From: Candidatus Rifleibacteriota bacterium
GTDB lineage: Bacteria; Muiribacteriota; Ozemobacteria; Ozemobacterales; Ozemobacteraceae
Assembly (NCBI GenBank): GCA_012517355.1
Contig: JAAYVD010000172.1
Location: 64,081 to 128,080 of the forward strand
Direction: 5' to 3'
DNA length: 64,000 nt
Part shown: positions 46,843-55,727 of the stretch, piece after piece
Layout: each line of letters starts with the position of its first letter
Position numbering within the stretch: the first letter of the stretch is position 1
Position numbers and translations under genes: made by a program
Notes under the pieces: model-generated
What the model saw: the letters and a program-made list of their open reading frames with translations, nothing else
Databases searched by the model: none
What the model was told of the DNA's origin: nothing

Positions 46843-47694
46843 ATGCAGATGGAGATGAAGAAGAACATTCGCTGGAACATCCTGGCCGGGGCGGTCCTGG
46901 CCATCCTCTTCAGCCTGTCGCCCGTCGGGGAATCCTTCGCCGGAACCCCCACCGAGGCCGACCTGGTCCGGGCGACCGCCCTCCGTACCTCCCGGAAATA
47001 CGTCGAGGCGAGGTCGCTGTATGCTGCCATCGCCCACAACGCCTCGGCGCCCGCCCCCCTCCGCCAGGAAGCCGGCTACTGGATGGGCTTCTGCAATGTC
47101 GTGTCCGGCTCCTTCCTCGGGGCCATCCGCGACTTCCGGTGGTTCCTCGACGCCTTCCCCGGCGAGAAGACCCGCTACCTTGCCGATACCCTCTACGTCC
47201 TGGCCCGGACCTACGAAGTCGTTGGCCAGCCGGGGCCCGCCGCCTACTACTACCGGCAGTGCCTTCGCAGCAAGGCCGCCCAGGGAACCTCCTTCCCGGC
47301 CAAGGCCCGCGAGGGTCTGGCCCGGGTCACCGCCATGCTCGACATCGAAGCCCGCCAGAAGCGGAACGACCCCCTGTTCGGCCAGGACCCCGCGAGCGCT
47401 TCGGCCCCCCTGTTCGATCCCTACACCCGCCGCCCCCTGACTCGTGACCAATACACCCGCATCCGCACCTTCCTCGACCGGGTGGGCGCCAACATGCCCC
47501 TGGACGCCGCCCTGCAGGAGCTGCCCCCTGAGGACCAGCAACTCGAACTGGTCAAACGCCTGGTGGCCCAGCTTCGTGCCCAGAAAGCCCGTCAGAGTGC
47601 CGTTCCCGGCCGGTCCAAGCCGGTCCCACCCAAACCCGGAACGAAAAAAAATGCCGAAAAAGGAAAACCACCCCCGTCCGGGGGAGTAAAATAA
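46843..47694 (+). CDS. secreted TPR-like protein, paralog 2
   Basis: MQMEMKKNIRWNILAGAVLAILFSLSPVGESFA signal; FRWFLDAFPGEKTRYLADTLYVLARTYE; start approximate (46843/46849/46855). Confidence 0.6.
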   Translation: MQMEMKKNIRWNILAGAVLAILFSLSPVGESFAGTPTEADLVRATALRTSRKYVEARSLYAAIAHNASAPAPLRQEAGYWMGFCNVVSGSFLGAIRDFRWFLDAFPGEKTRYLADTLYVLARTYEVVGQPGPAAYYYRQCLRSKAAQGTSFPAKAREGLARVTAMLDIEARQKRNDPLFGQDPASASAPLFDPYTRRPLTRDQYTRIRTFLDRVGANMPLDAALQELPPEDQQLELVKRLVAQLRAQKARQSAVPGRSKPVPPKPGTKKNAEKGKPPPSGGVK

Positions 47695-47717
47695 ATGGAA
47701 GAATTTCAATTGGAGGG

Positions 47718-48866
47718 TTGGTCATGAGAATCCGTTATCTGGGTTTCCTGGTCCTTTTCGCCGCTGCGGCCGTGATCCTGACCGGTTGTGGCAACGATCC
47801 CGACAAGAACTTCCAGAAAGGGAAGTATGCCGAGGCCTACCCCGAGTTCATCAAGCGGGCCGGCACCAACGAGGTGGCCCTGAAGAACGAAGTCGCCAAC
47901 GGCACCTTCGATTCCCGGCAGAAAGCCGGCAACCAGGCCCTCCATGACCTCTACTACGCGGCCGAATGCCAGAAGCGGCTCGGCAACACCCAGGAAGCCG
48001 CCACCCTTTTCCAGCGCGTGGTGGGCCTGAGCCAGTACCAGATCCGCATCCCCCAGGACCGCAGCGCCATCCTGAAGGACGGGCTGTCCAGCCTGCTGAG
48101 CGCCGCCCGCGAGGTCCGTCGCCAGGAGGTCAGCTACGGCCAGGCCCTCGAAGACTGGGAGAACGACCAGTCCTCCGGCAACACCGACCCCTACGACAAC
48201 GGTGGCTCCAATACCGATCCGTATGACAACGGTGGCTCCAATACCGATCCGTATGACAACGGTGGCTCCAACACCGACCCCTACAGCAACGGTGGCTCCA
48301 ACACCGACCCCTACAGCAACGGCGGCTCCAATACCGACCCCTACAACAGCCGCACCACCAACAACGTCGCCAAGGCCGCCTCGACCGCCGAGGCCCCCAG
48401 CCGGTTCTGGCTCGACAACGCCGTCTCCACCCTGCGCAGCCGGCAGCGCGACTTCGAAAAGAAACTCTACGAGACCACCCCGCAGCAGGTTCCCGACATC
48501 GCCAAGGTCAAGGCCGAATACGACAAGTTCTCCCGCCTCCTCGACAACTACATGTCGTATGCCTCCCCCGGCGGCATCTTCTTCCGGCCCGACTCCCTGT
48601 TCTCCCAGATGGCCTGGCAGTCCTTCGAGTCCGGCGCCGACTCCCTGCAGCGCGTGACCTACGCCGCCCAGGGCAACATCACCTACATCAGCCAGCCCCT
48701 GCAGCTGAAGGAACCCCAGTTGGTCGAAGCCGCCAAGGCCGCCCTCCAGAGCATGGGCCAGGCCTCCGCCCCCGCGACCCCGGCCAGCCCCGCCGGTGCC
48801 CAGAGCACCTCCGGCACCACCGGCGTCACCGTCAACACCGAAGGCAACAGTCCCTTCGGCCAGTAA
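47718..48866 (+). CDS. TPR-like lipoprotein, paralog 3, with (GGSNTDPY[DS]N)x6 repeat
   Basis: Lipobox LTGC; six tandem 30-nt repeats at 48182..48358. Confidence 0.65.
   Translation: MVMRIRYLGFLVLFAAAAVILTGCGNDPDKNFQKGKYAEAYPEFIKRAGTNEVALKNEVANGTFDSRQKAGNQALHDLYYAAECQKRLGNTQEAATLFQRVVGLSQYQIRIPQDRSAILKDGLSSLLSAAREVRRQEVSYGQALEDWENDQSSGNTDPYDNGGSNTDPYDNGGSNTDPYDNGGSNTDPYSNGGSNTDPYSNGGSNTDPYNSRTTNNVAKAASTAEAPSRFWLDNAVSTLRSRQRDFEKKLYETTPQQVPDIAKVKAEYDKFSRLLDNYMSYASPGGIFFRPDSLFSQMAWQSFESGADSLQRVTYAAQGNITYISQPLQLKEPQLVEAAKAALQSMGQASAPATPASPAGAQSTSGTTGVTVNTEGNSPFGQ
48182..48358 (+). repeat. 30-bp in-frame tandem repeat x6 encoding GGSNTDPY(D/S)N
   Basis: Near-identical 30-mers inside the 47718..48866 CDS. 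Confidence 0.9.
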
Positions 48867-49236
48867 CCGGCCAGATCCTCTGGGGGCAGCCCGTCAGTCG
48901 CCCTCAGGAAGAGTTCCCGCAAGAGCCCTCCGGCCCCTCCGGGGGGCTCCTGCGTTGCGGGCGCTTTATCGGGCGCCTTCCCGGGCGGCTCCGGCCCGGT
49001 GGAAGGCTGGTGGGGGGGGCACGCCCAAAAGGGTTCCTGTGGGCCCCCCGCGGGCCAGGCTTCCCTCGCCCCCCACGCGGCACCGTGTCCCCGCCGCGGC
49101 AGGCGCCAACGGGTGTCTGGCCGGCCTCTGGTCGGTCGTCGAGCCCTCGGCGCCCCTTCTGGTCGGCGGATCGGTCGTCGAGGTCTTGGCGCAGCTTCGG
49201 GTCGGCGCCCGGTCGTCGAGTCTCAGCGCTCTTTCT

Positions 49237-49420
49237 CTACCGTCCGGTCCAGGGCTAACGGACCGCGAAGCGGAGCTTCCGCGAGGTGGACGCGTCAGCG
49301 TTCTCCTCGCCAGCAGAAAGGGTCCAGGGCCATCGGCCCTGGTGGAGTGAAGTGGCAAAGCCCCTTCGGCAAGCCTTTATGCGGATCATTGCTCTTTCTG
49401 GTCGCCGTTTCGGTGGTCGA
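49237..49420 (+). repeat. family A structured repeat copy 2 (inverted to copy 1 at 12241..12420), flanked by partial duplications of the 3' end of the adjacent small gene
   Basis: About 90% identity to reverse complement of 12241..12420; flanking sub-repeats ggtcgtcgagccctcggcgccccttctggtcggcg (49130-49165) and ggtggtcgagccgtcagcgccccttctggtcggcg (49440-49475). Confidence 0.8.
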
Positions 49421-49462
49421 GGCCTCGGAGCCCCTTCCGTCGCCGTTTCGGTGGTCGAGCCG

Positions 49463-49666
49463 TCAGCGCCCCTTCTGGTCGGCGATGAAGGCGGCGATGG
49501 TCCGATCGTAGGTCCGCTCGCCCTTGGGCGAGAAGAAACACCCCGGCACTTCGCCGTTCATGCGATGATACGCCACGCACTCGCAGCAGATCCCCTTCCG
49601 CGAGCACGGATCGTGGGTGCAGGTGCACCGCCCCCCGTTCTTGGCTTTGCATTCGGCATTCGACAT
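49463..49666 (-). CDS. small cysteine-rich protein (67 aa; DUF6485-like)
   Basis: MSNAECKAKNGGRCTCTHDPCSRKGICCECVAYHRMNGEVPGCFFSPKGERTYDRTIAAFIADQKGR; AGGAGGG RBS; 9 Cys. Confidence 0.7.
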   Translation of the reverse strand: MSNAECKAKNGGRCTCTHDPCSRKGICCECVAYHRMNGEVPGCFFSPKGERTYDRTIAAFIADQKGR

Positions 49667-49789
49667 ACAACCCTCCTGAAAATGGGTGCCCGAATTCCGC
49701 GGTCTTCAACGAATCCGTTCGAACGGCCATCGACGTCCGCAAAGCGGGCCTGTTGCTTGGGGAACGCGGAACCGTTTCCCAAGCCCGAA

Positions 49790-49900
49790 ACAAGGGTCCA
49801 GGGCCATTGGCCCCGGTGGGGTGAAGAGACAAAGTCCCTTCCGAAAGCCTTGAGGCAGAAAACGGTTCCCCCGGACCATTTTTCTGAGGCCCTCCAGATG
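49790..49900 (+). repeat. partial, diverged family A copy 3
   Basis: agggtccagggccattggccccggtggggtgaagagacaaagtcccttccgaaagcctt versus the family A core. Confidence 0.6.
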
Positions 49901-49959
49901 CGGCTTTCCGTTGGCCAAGGGGCTCATCCGCTTCGGTCTCCTCCTTCCCGGTTCCCTGC

Positions 49960-51657
49960 CTACCGGTTCTCGTAGGCCCTGACGACGAAGACCCCCGTAG
50001 CCGTGCCGGGAAGGGGGCACTTGTGCTCGCAGATGCCGCATCCGATGCAACGTTCGGGGACCACGTAGGGGAATTTCACCTTCCGGCGGCTGCCGTCGGG
50101 CAGGTCGACCTCCCGCTCGTGGGTCTGGATCGCCTTTTCCGGCAGCGGACAGTGCTCCTCGCAAACCAGGCAGTCGGTCAGCTTCGCATAGGGAATGCAG
50201 TGGTTCTTGTTGAAGCAGGCCTGCCCCATGACGGTCTTCTGCTTCTCGGCTTCCGGCAGCCGCTTGATCGCGCCGGTCGGGCACACCTGGCCGCACAGGT
50301 TGCAGTTGTACTCGCAGTAACCGGCCTTCATGTGGGCCCGTGGCGTCCACAGGCGGGGGAAACCCGCCTCGAACCCGGCCGGCTGCAGGCAGCCCCCGTT
50401 CGAGGAACAGACCCGCACGCAGGCCAGGCACCGGATGCACCGCTCGAGGAAGGCCGGTTCCGGCAACGCTCCGGGCGGCCGGATCAGCTGGCTGGAAACC
50501 CGCGGGTCGTCGAGGGCCACCCGCGCCCCACCGGCCGCCAGAAGCCCCCCTGCCGCCGCCTGCAGCAGCCGGCGACGGGTCAGGTCGACGGGAGTGACCG
50601 CGGCGAACCCCAGCGGCACGGTCGGCACGGGCATTCCTTCCGGCCACGGGGCCCAGCCGGGGACGAACCCGATGGCCCGCAGGCCGACGGGGCAATGGTC
50701 GAGGCAGTCGAGGCAGAGGGTGCATTCGCCCCGCGCCGTCGCCGTCACGTCATCATCGGGGATCGCCCCCATCGGGCACCGGCGCGAGCACTGGCGGCAC
50801 TGCACGCACGACGAGTCGACCTGCCGGCGCACCCCCCGGAACCGGGAACACAGGGCCAGCAGCGCTCCGGCGGGGCAGAGGGTCCGGCACCAGAAGCGGC
50901 GCGTCACCCACTCGGTGGCCAGCAGCCCGAGGAAGAAGACGGCGGTGAACCAGAAGAAGGCCGGCTCGGTCTGCCCCTCGGGCATGACCCAGCCCCGCAG
51001 CGAGCGCCGCAGGGTTCCGGCCAGGCCGCCGGCGCCGGGAACCAGCTCGAGCAGACCCGCCACGCCCTGGGCGGCCCAGGTGCCGAGAGGGAACAGGACC
51101 ACCGTCATGCCGCGGTTGGCGACCGCCAGAGGGTCGAAGAAGAACCAGGCGTGCAGCCCCGCCACGGCGGCGGCGACCACCGCCGCCAGCACCAGGAACT
51201 TTCCCGCCGGCCAGCTCCGGGCCTGGGCGCCCTGCCGTGCCTGGTCGGCCGGGGCGAGCCGTTCCCCGACCAGGTCGAGCATCGCCCCCAACGGGCAGAC
51301 CCAGCTGCAGAAAAAGCGGCCCAGCAACGGGGTCAGCGCCAGCACCACCAGGCCGGGCCACCAGGCCCATGGCACGGCCCGGTCGGCCGCCCCGAAGAAC
51401 AGGGGGGCGAGCGGGCTGGTGCGCAACAGCAGGTCGGGAGCGGGTGACGGGTGGAAGGGATATCGCATCCGCACGAACAACACCACGAAGGCGACCAGGA
51501 AAACCGCCTGGACCAGGCGTCGCCCGCCGGGCATTCCCGGCCAGCGCAGCCACGGCACCAACCCCGCCAGGCGGGTCACCAGCCGGGCCAGCCACGGCAC
51601 CCGTTCAGCCAAACCGTTCGGCCCCTGGCGCGCCTCTCCTTCTCCGGACCCGGCCAT
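49960..51657 (-). CDS. membrane-bound polyferredoxin: NapH-like N-terminal domain fused to NapG-like 4x[4Fe-4S] domain with internal twin-arginine motif
   Basis: CSWVCPLGAM and CRTLCPAGAL motifs in TM region; internal TRRRLLQAAAGGLLAAGGA; about 24 Cys in CxxCxxCxxxCP arrays in C-terminal half; 4-nt gap after upstream DUF362 gene. Confidence 0.8.
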   Translation of the reverse strand: MAGSGEGEARQGPNGLAERVPWLARLVTRLAGLVPWLRWPGMPGGRRLVQAVFLVAFVVLFVRMRYPFHPSPAPDLLLRTSPLAPLFFGAADRAVPWAWWPGLVVLALTPLLGRFFCSWVCPLGAMLDLVGERLAPADQARQGAQARSWPAGKFLVLAAVVAAAVAGLHAWFFFDPLAVANRGMTVVLFPLGTWAAQGVAGLLELVPGAGGLAGTLRRSLRGWVMPEGQTEPAFFWFTAVFFLGLLATEWVTRRFWCRTLCPAGALLALCSRFRGVRRQVDSSCVQCRQCSRRCPMGAIPDDDVTATARGECTLCLDCLDHCPVGLRAIGFVPGWAPWPEGMPVPTVPLGFAAVTPVDLTRRRLLQAAAGGLLAAGGARVALDDPRVSSQLIRPPGALPEPAFLERCIRCLACVRVCSSNGGCLQPAGFEAGFPRLWTPRAHMKAGYCEYNCNLCGQVCPTGAIKRLPEAEKQKTVMGQACFNKNHCIPYAKLTDCLVCEEHCPLPEKAIQTHEREVDLPDGSRRKVKFPYVVPERCIGCGICEHKCPLPGTATGVFVVRAYENR

Positions 51658-51661
51658 GGGT

Positions 51662-52615
51662 TCAGGACAGGGACAGCTTCTTGACGTTCAGGCGGGCGGG
51701 GTCGAACTTGAACATCTTGCGGTTGACCGCCTCCTGCAGGTAGGGCAGGTCGCCGACCTGGAGGCCGAACAGCGGGAGCGCCGTGAGGTCGGCCGACACG
51801 GTGCAGGGGCTCATGATCAGGGTTTTGGCGAGTTTCACGTCGGCCGGGTTGCCGCCTGAGGGGCCGTTGTTCATCAGCAGGCGATAGGCATCGATGATGG
51901 TCAGGGTGGGCAGGATCTCGCCGGCGATGTCATTCAGCTTCTTGTCGAACGGGTTGTGGATCTGCCCTCGCTGGCCGCCCATCACGCCCATGAGATTCTT
52001 CAGGCCCAGCGTCACGCGGGCGAGCCCGTGGTGCTTGGCGATGGGAACGTTGATGACCTTGTCGGCCTCGAGATAGTCCTGGTAGATGTCCCAGGATTTC
52101 ACGGCCTCGCCGTTTTTCAGACCGATCGTCTTGAAGCGCGACTCGTCGATCTGGCTCACCTCCGCCCCGGCGCCGGCGGCGGCCGCCTCGATCCCGCTGT
52201 TGGCGTAGCAGCGCAGCGGGTTGTTGCAGGTGCGGTCGAACACCTTGACCACCTTGGCACCCGCGTTGAGGCATTCCTTCACGACCTCGGCCACCAGGTC
52301 GGGGTTGGTGTTGCCGGCCAGCTCGGGCGGGCGGTCCCAGCCGATGTTGGGCTTGACCACGACGACGTCGCCGCGGCTGACGAACTTCCCCATCCCGCCC
52401 ATTTCCTTCAGGGCGGCCTGCAACAGCGCAACGGGTTCGCCGTTCTCGACCAGGACCACCTCGGGAGCGCCGGTGGTGGCGGCGGCCGGGCCTGAGGCCT
52501 GGCCCGTGGCGGCATCCTGGGCCCGGGTGGGGGAGATCGCTCCCGGGACCAGGGAACCCAGGCCGGCGGCGGCCAGGGCGCCTCCCGTCATCTTGAGGAA
52601 TGCACGTCGTTTCAT
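51662..52615 (-). CDS. TAT-exported DUF362 domain-containing protein
   Basis: MKRRAFLKMTGGALAAAGLGSL twin-arginine signal; DUF362 core (KPNIGWDRPPE..., GGQRGQIHNP). Confidence 0.8.
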   Translation of the reverse strand: MKRRAFLKMTGGALAAAGLGSLVPGAISPTRAQDAATGQASGPAAATTGAPEVVLVENGEPVALLQAALKEMGGMGKFVSRGDVVVVKPNIGWDRPPELAGNTNPDLVAEVVKECLNAGAKVVKVFDRTCNNPLRCYANSGIEAAAAGAGAEVSQIDESRFKTIGLKNGEAVKSWDIYQDYLEADKVINVPIAKHHGLARVTLGLKNLMGVMGGQRGQIHNPFDKKLNDIAGEILPTLTIIDAYRLLMNNGPSGGNPADVKLAKTLIMSPCTVSADLTALPLFGLQVGDLPYLQEAVNRKMFKFDPARLNVKKLSLS

Positions 52616-53113
52616 GGCGGTTTCCTTTCCCGGCGGCCTGTCGCCTCACGCGCGCCGGTTTGGTTTCGATGGTCCATTATACCGGGCGGGGGGACGGGCC
52701 GCAAACGGCCGGCCAACGCCCCCGGATCCGTGCAAGAGGCACCGCATGTTCCTCAGATTTGACTTTGCCCCCCCCGCTCCAGCGGCAGTTGCGAACCCCC
52801 GGGCCCGCCCGACGGGGTGTGCTTGTCTGGTTTTCCCGGAACCATCGACAATCATGGGAGAGGGAATGGCCGGGCGGCCGAATGGGACGGGTGGACGCCA
52901 GGGCCGACCCGGGGGCAGGGGAGGGGTGGGCTCACGGGATTCCCGCTCCAAGATGCCTCGTCTGGCCGGTGGGGGAAGGTTTCCCGGTCGATTTCCGGGG
53001 GGGCCGGATCCCTGCCGGGAACCGCAAGGACCGCCACACGATCCAGGCGGGCTTTGCCTCAGGCCCGGGATGGATGTATCGTAAGCTCACCCGCCCCCGT
53101 GAAGGAGTCGCCC

Positions 53114-55657
53114 ATGCCGGCAATCCCCCCTCCCAGGGTTTTCCGCCCCCGCCCATCGGCCGCGGCCATCGCAGTACCGTGCCACAGACCTGGCCTTCTG
53201 CCACTCCTGATGTTGGTGGGCATCGCCCTGTCCATCGCCGGCCTGGGTTTCCCTCCTCCCGCCCGCGGGGCCCCTTCGGTCACCGCGCGGCTGGACGCCC
53301 TCCTGGCGGAGTTCGGCGACCCGGCCCGCCGCACCGACAGCGACCGCATCCTGGACGACCTGCTCGGCCGTCTCGCCGCCCTGACCGCGGAAAATCGCTT
53401 CGCCACGGCCGGCCATTACCTGCGACAGCTCGAACCGGCCCGCCTCGGCCGCACTTTCAGCCTCCTGCGCTCATCCGAACGGCGCGACCGCGATGCCCAG
53501 ATCTTCCGCATCCGGAAGTTCGCCGCCGCCCATTTCCAGGCTCGGGCCCGCTACGAGACCGGCCGCGGCATGACCGAGGAGGCGGCGGCCATGCAGAAGA
53601 TCGCCGACGACTACACCGCCCTGGTAGAGGCCACCAGGCGCAGCCTGGGAGGCAGATCCGAGGCCGACCTCCCCGTCTTCGAGGACGAATCGGCGGCCAC
53701 CCCCTTCCCCCGCCATGACCCCGCCGCCCGCATCGTGCCGATCCCCACCGCCTTCTTCGTCTCCCTGCCCCCGCCCTGCGCCATGGCCCTGCCGCTGGTC
53801 GCCCCCTTCTCCTTCCTGCCGTCGGAGGGCCCCACGGCCGAGGTGGCCCTCGACCCCGCCTGGGCCTGGCAGTTCGGCAGTTGGCAGGAAGTCAGGTACA
53901 CCCTCGTAGCCGGCCTGTCGCCGACCGGTCACCAGGTGCTCTGGCTCGCCGGGCCCCTGGACGGGAACCATCCGCTCTCCACCCGGATGGTCAGCGGCCG
54001 CTGGGTTCTCGCCGCCGGCCCCGAAGACCTCGCCCCTGACCCAGGCCCGCGCTACCGCCTCACCCCCGGCGCGGCCGCCCCCACCGCCCCCTCCCTGGTC
54101 GTCGCCCGCTCCGACCCCGGCACCCCGGAACCCGCCACTGGTTCAACCACGCCGGTCGACCATGATCCCGCGGCCGGAACCTCGGAACCACCTGCGGGCC
54201 CCACCTCACCGGGTGGCGCCAATCCGGCAGCGGGCAGCGATTTCCCCCCGGCCCTCCCGGCCCCTTCGGCCCCTTCGACGTCCACCGCCTTCGCCCCTTC
54301 CGCCACCGGTTTCGCCACATCCCCGGCGGTTCCGGCCATTCCACTGATGGTCTCCCCACCCGCCGGCCCCCCGCCCGGATTGCGCAGCCGCGGCCTGGCC
54401 GGATTCGCCTTCCGGGCCCTGACCCCCGCCGATGTCGCCTCGAGCCCCGCCCCGTTGTCCGAGGGGGTCGTCGTGCGCGAGGTCTTCCCCGGCACCCCCG
54501 CCGCCCGCGCCGGCCTGGAACCCGGCGACATCCTCGTGGAATACGGTGGGGTGCTGATCTCCGGCGAGCCGCGTCTCCAGGACGTCCTCCGCACGAAATT
54601 CGCCGGCGACGAGGTGCCGGTCACCCTCTGGCGCGGCAGCCGCCAGGTCAGGACCACCCTCACCCTGGCCGAACCGCCACTCGAGCAGGCCCCCGGCTGC
54701 GACATCGAGTATGCCTCGTTCGTCGCCCCCGGCGGATTCCGCCTGCGGGCGGTGGTCACCAGCCCCACCGGGTCGGCCGGCCGGCCTCTTCCCGCGCTGT
54801 TCCTCGTCAGCGCCCTCGGCAGCCCGCGCCTGCGCGAACTGCCCGGCCTCGACCTGCACCGGGAACTCGCCCGCGCGGCCGCCCGGAACGGCTGGCGCGT
54901 GTTGCGCTTCGAGCAGCGCGGCAGCGGCGACTCGGAAGGCCCCGACTTCCGTGAGTCCGACTTCCATGCCGAACTGGCCGACAACCGGGCCGCCCTCGAC
55001 TTCCTGCTCGGCCGGCCCGACGTCGATCCCCGCCGCGTCGCCATCTTCGGGCACAGCACCGGCGGCCTGCACGCGGCGCTCCTGGCCGGCACCCGACCGG
55101 TCGCCGGGCTGATCGTCTCGGGAACCTGGGGCCGCTCGTTCTTCGAACGGGTCCTCGAAACCATCCGGCTCCAGGGCCGGCTGCAGGGCAAAAACCCCGC
55201 CGCGATCGATACCTCGGTGAAAGAGCATCTGGCCATGTTCGCGGAACTGCAGTCCGACCGCCCCCTGTCCCAGATCCTGCAGGAACGCCCCGCCCTGGCC
55301 CGGTTCCGCCTGCCCACCGGCCGCCTCATGGACGACCGCATCGCGGCCTACTGGCACCAGAAGCTGAACCTGAACCTGGCCGAGGTCTACGGCATCGTGC
55401 GCTGCCCCGTGCTCGTCTTGTACAACTCAGCCGATTTCATCACCACGCGCGCCTGCCACGACTGGATCCGCGACACGCTCGTGGCCGCCGGCAACCCCGA
55501 CGTCACCTTGCGGATCGCCGCGGGGGCCGACCACCGCTGGGCCACCGCCCCCGACTTCGCCGCCAGCTTCGCCGGGTACCGGTCCGGCCAGGCCACCCTG
55601 GCCACCGCCCCGGTCGAGACCGTCATCGACTGGCTTGCCCACCTGCCCCCCCGCTGA
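53114..55657 (+). CDS. PDZ domain plus alpha/beta-hydrolase (S9/DLH-like) protein with signal/TM N-terminus
   Basis: GAAGGAG RBS; PDZ-like PGTPAARAGLEPGDILVEYGG; nucleophile elbow GHSTGG; long Pro/Ala/Thr-rich linker. Confidence 0.75.
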   Translation: MPAIPPPRVFRPRPSAAAIAVPCHRPGLLPLLMLVGIALSIAGLGFPPPARGAPSVTARLDALLAEFGDPARRTDSDRILDDLLGRLAALTAENRFATAGHYLRQLEPARLGRTFSLLRSSERRDRDAQIFRIRKFAAAHFQARARYETGRGMTEEAAAMQKIADDYTALVEATRRSLGGRSEADLPVFEDESAATPFPRHDPAARIVPIPTAFFVSLPPPCAMALPLVAPFSFLPSEGPTAEVALDPAWAWQFGSWQEVRYTLVAGLSPTGHQVLWLAGPLDGNHPLSTRMVSGRWVLAAGPEDLAPDPGPRYRLTPGAAAPTAPSLVVARSDPGTPEPATGSTTPVDHDPAAGTSEPPAGPTSPGGANPAAGSDFPPALPAPSAPSTSTAFAPSATGFATSPAVPAIPLMVSPPAGPPPGLRSRGLAGFAFRALTPADVASSPAPLSEGVVVREVFPGTPAARAGLEPGDILVEYGGVLISGEPRLQDVLRTKFAGDEVPVTLWRGSRQVRTTLTLAEPPLEQAPGCDIEYASFVAPGGFRLRAVVTSPTGSAGRPLPALFLVSALGSPRLRELPGLDLHRELARAAARNGWRVLRFEQRGSGDSEGPDFRESDFHAELADNRAALDFLLGRPDVDPRRVAIFGHSTGGLHAALLAGTRPVAGLIVSGTWGRSFFERVLETIRLQGRLQGKNPAAIDTSVKEHLAMFAELQSDRPLSQILQERPALARFRLPTGRLMDDRIAAYWHQKLNLNLAEVYGIVRCPVLVLYNSADFITTRACHDWIRDTLVAAGNPDVTLRIAAGADHRWATAPDFAASFAGYRSGQATLATAPVETVIDWLAHLPPR

Positions 55658-55727
55658 CCGCCGCTCTTCACCGCCAGAGTTCCCGCCCCCCCGACCCGCC
55701 GGTTCGCCACCTCCTGGCCACCCCATG

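Noticed and set aside
49960-51657. Polyferredoxin as two separate genes (napH-like and napG-like with own TAT signal starting MPVPTVPLG...RRRLL)
   Set aside because: Both halves are in the same frame with no intervening stop, so as sequenced it is a fusion. An internal translation start cannot be excluded.
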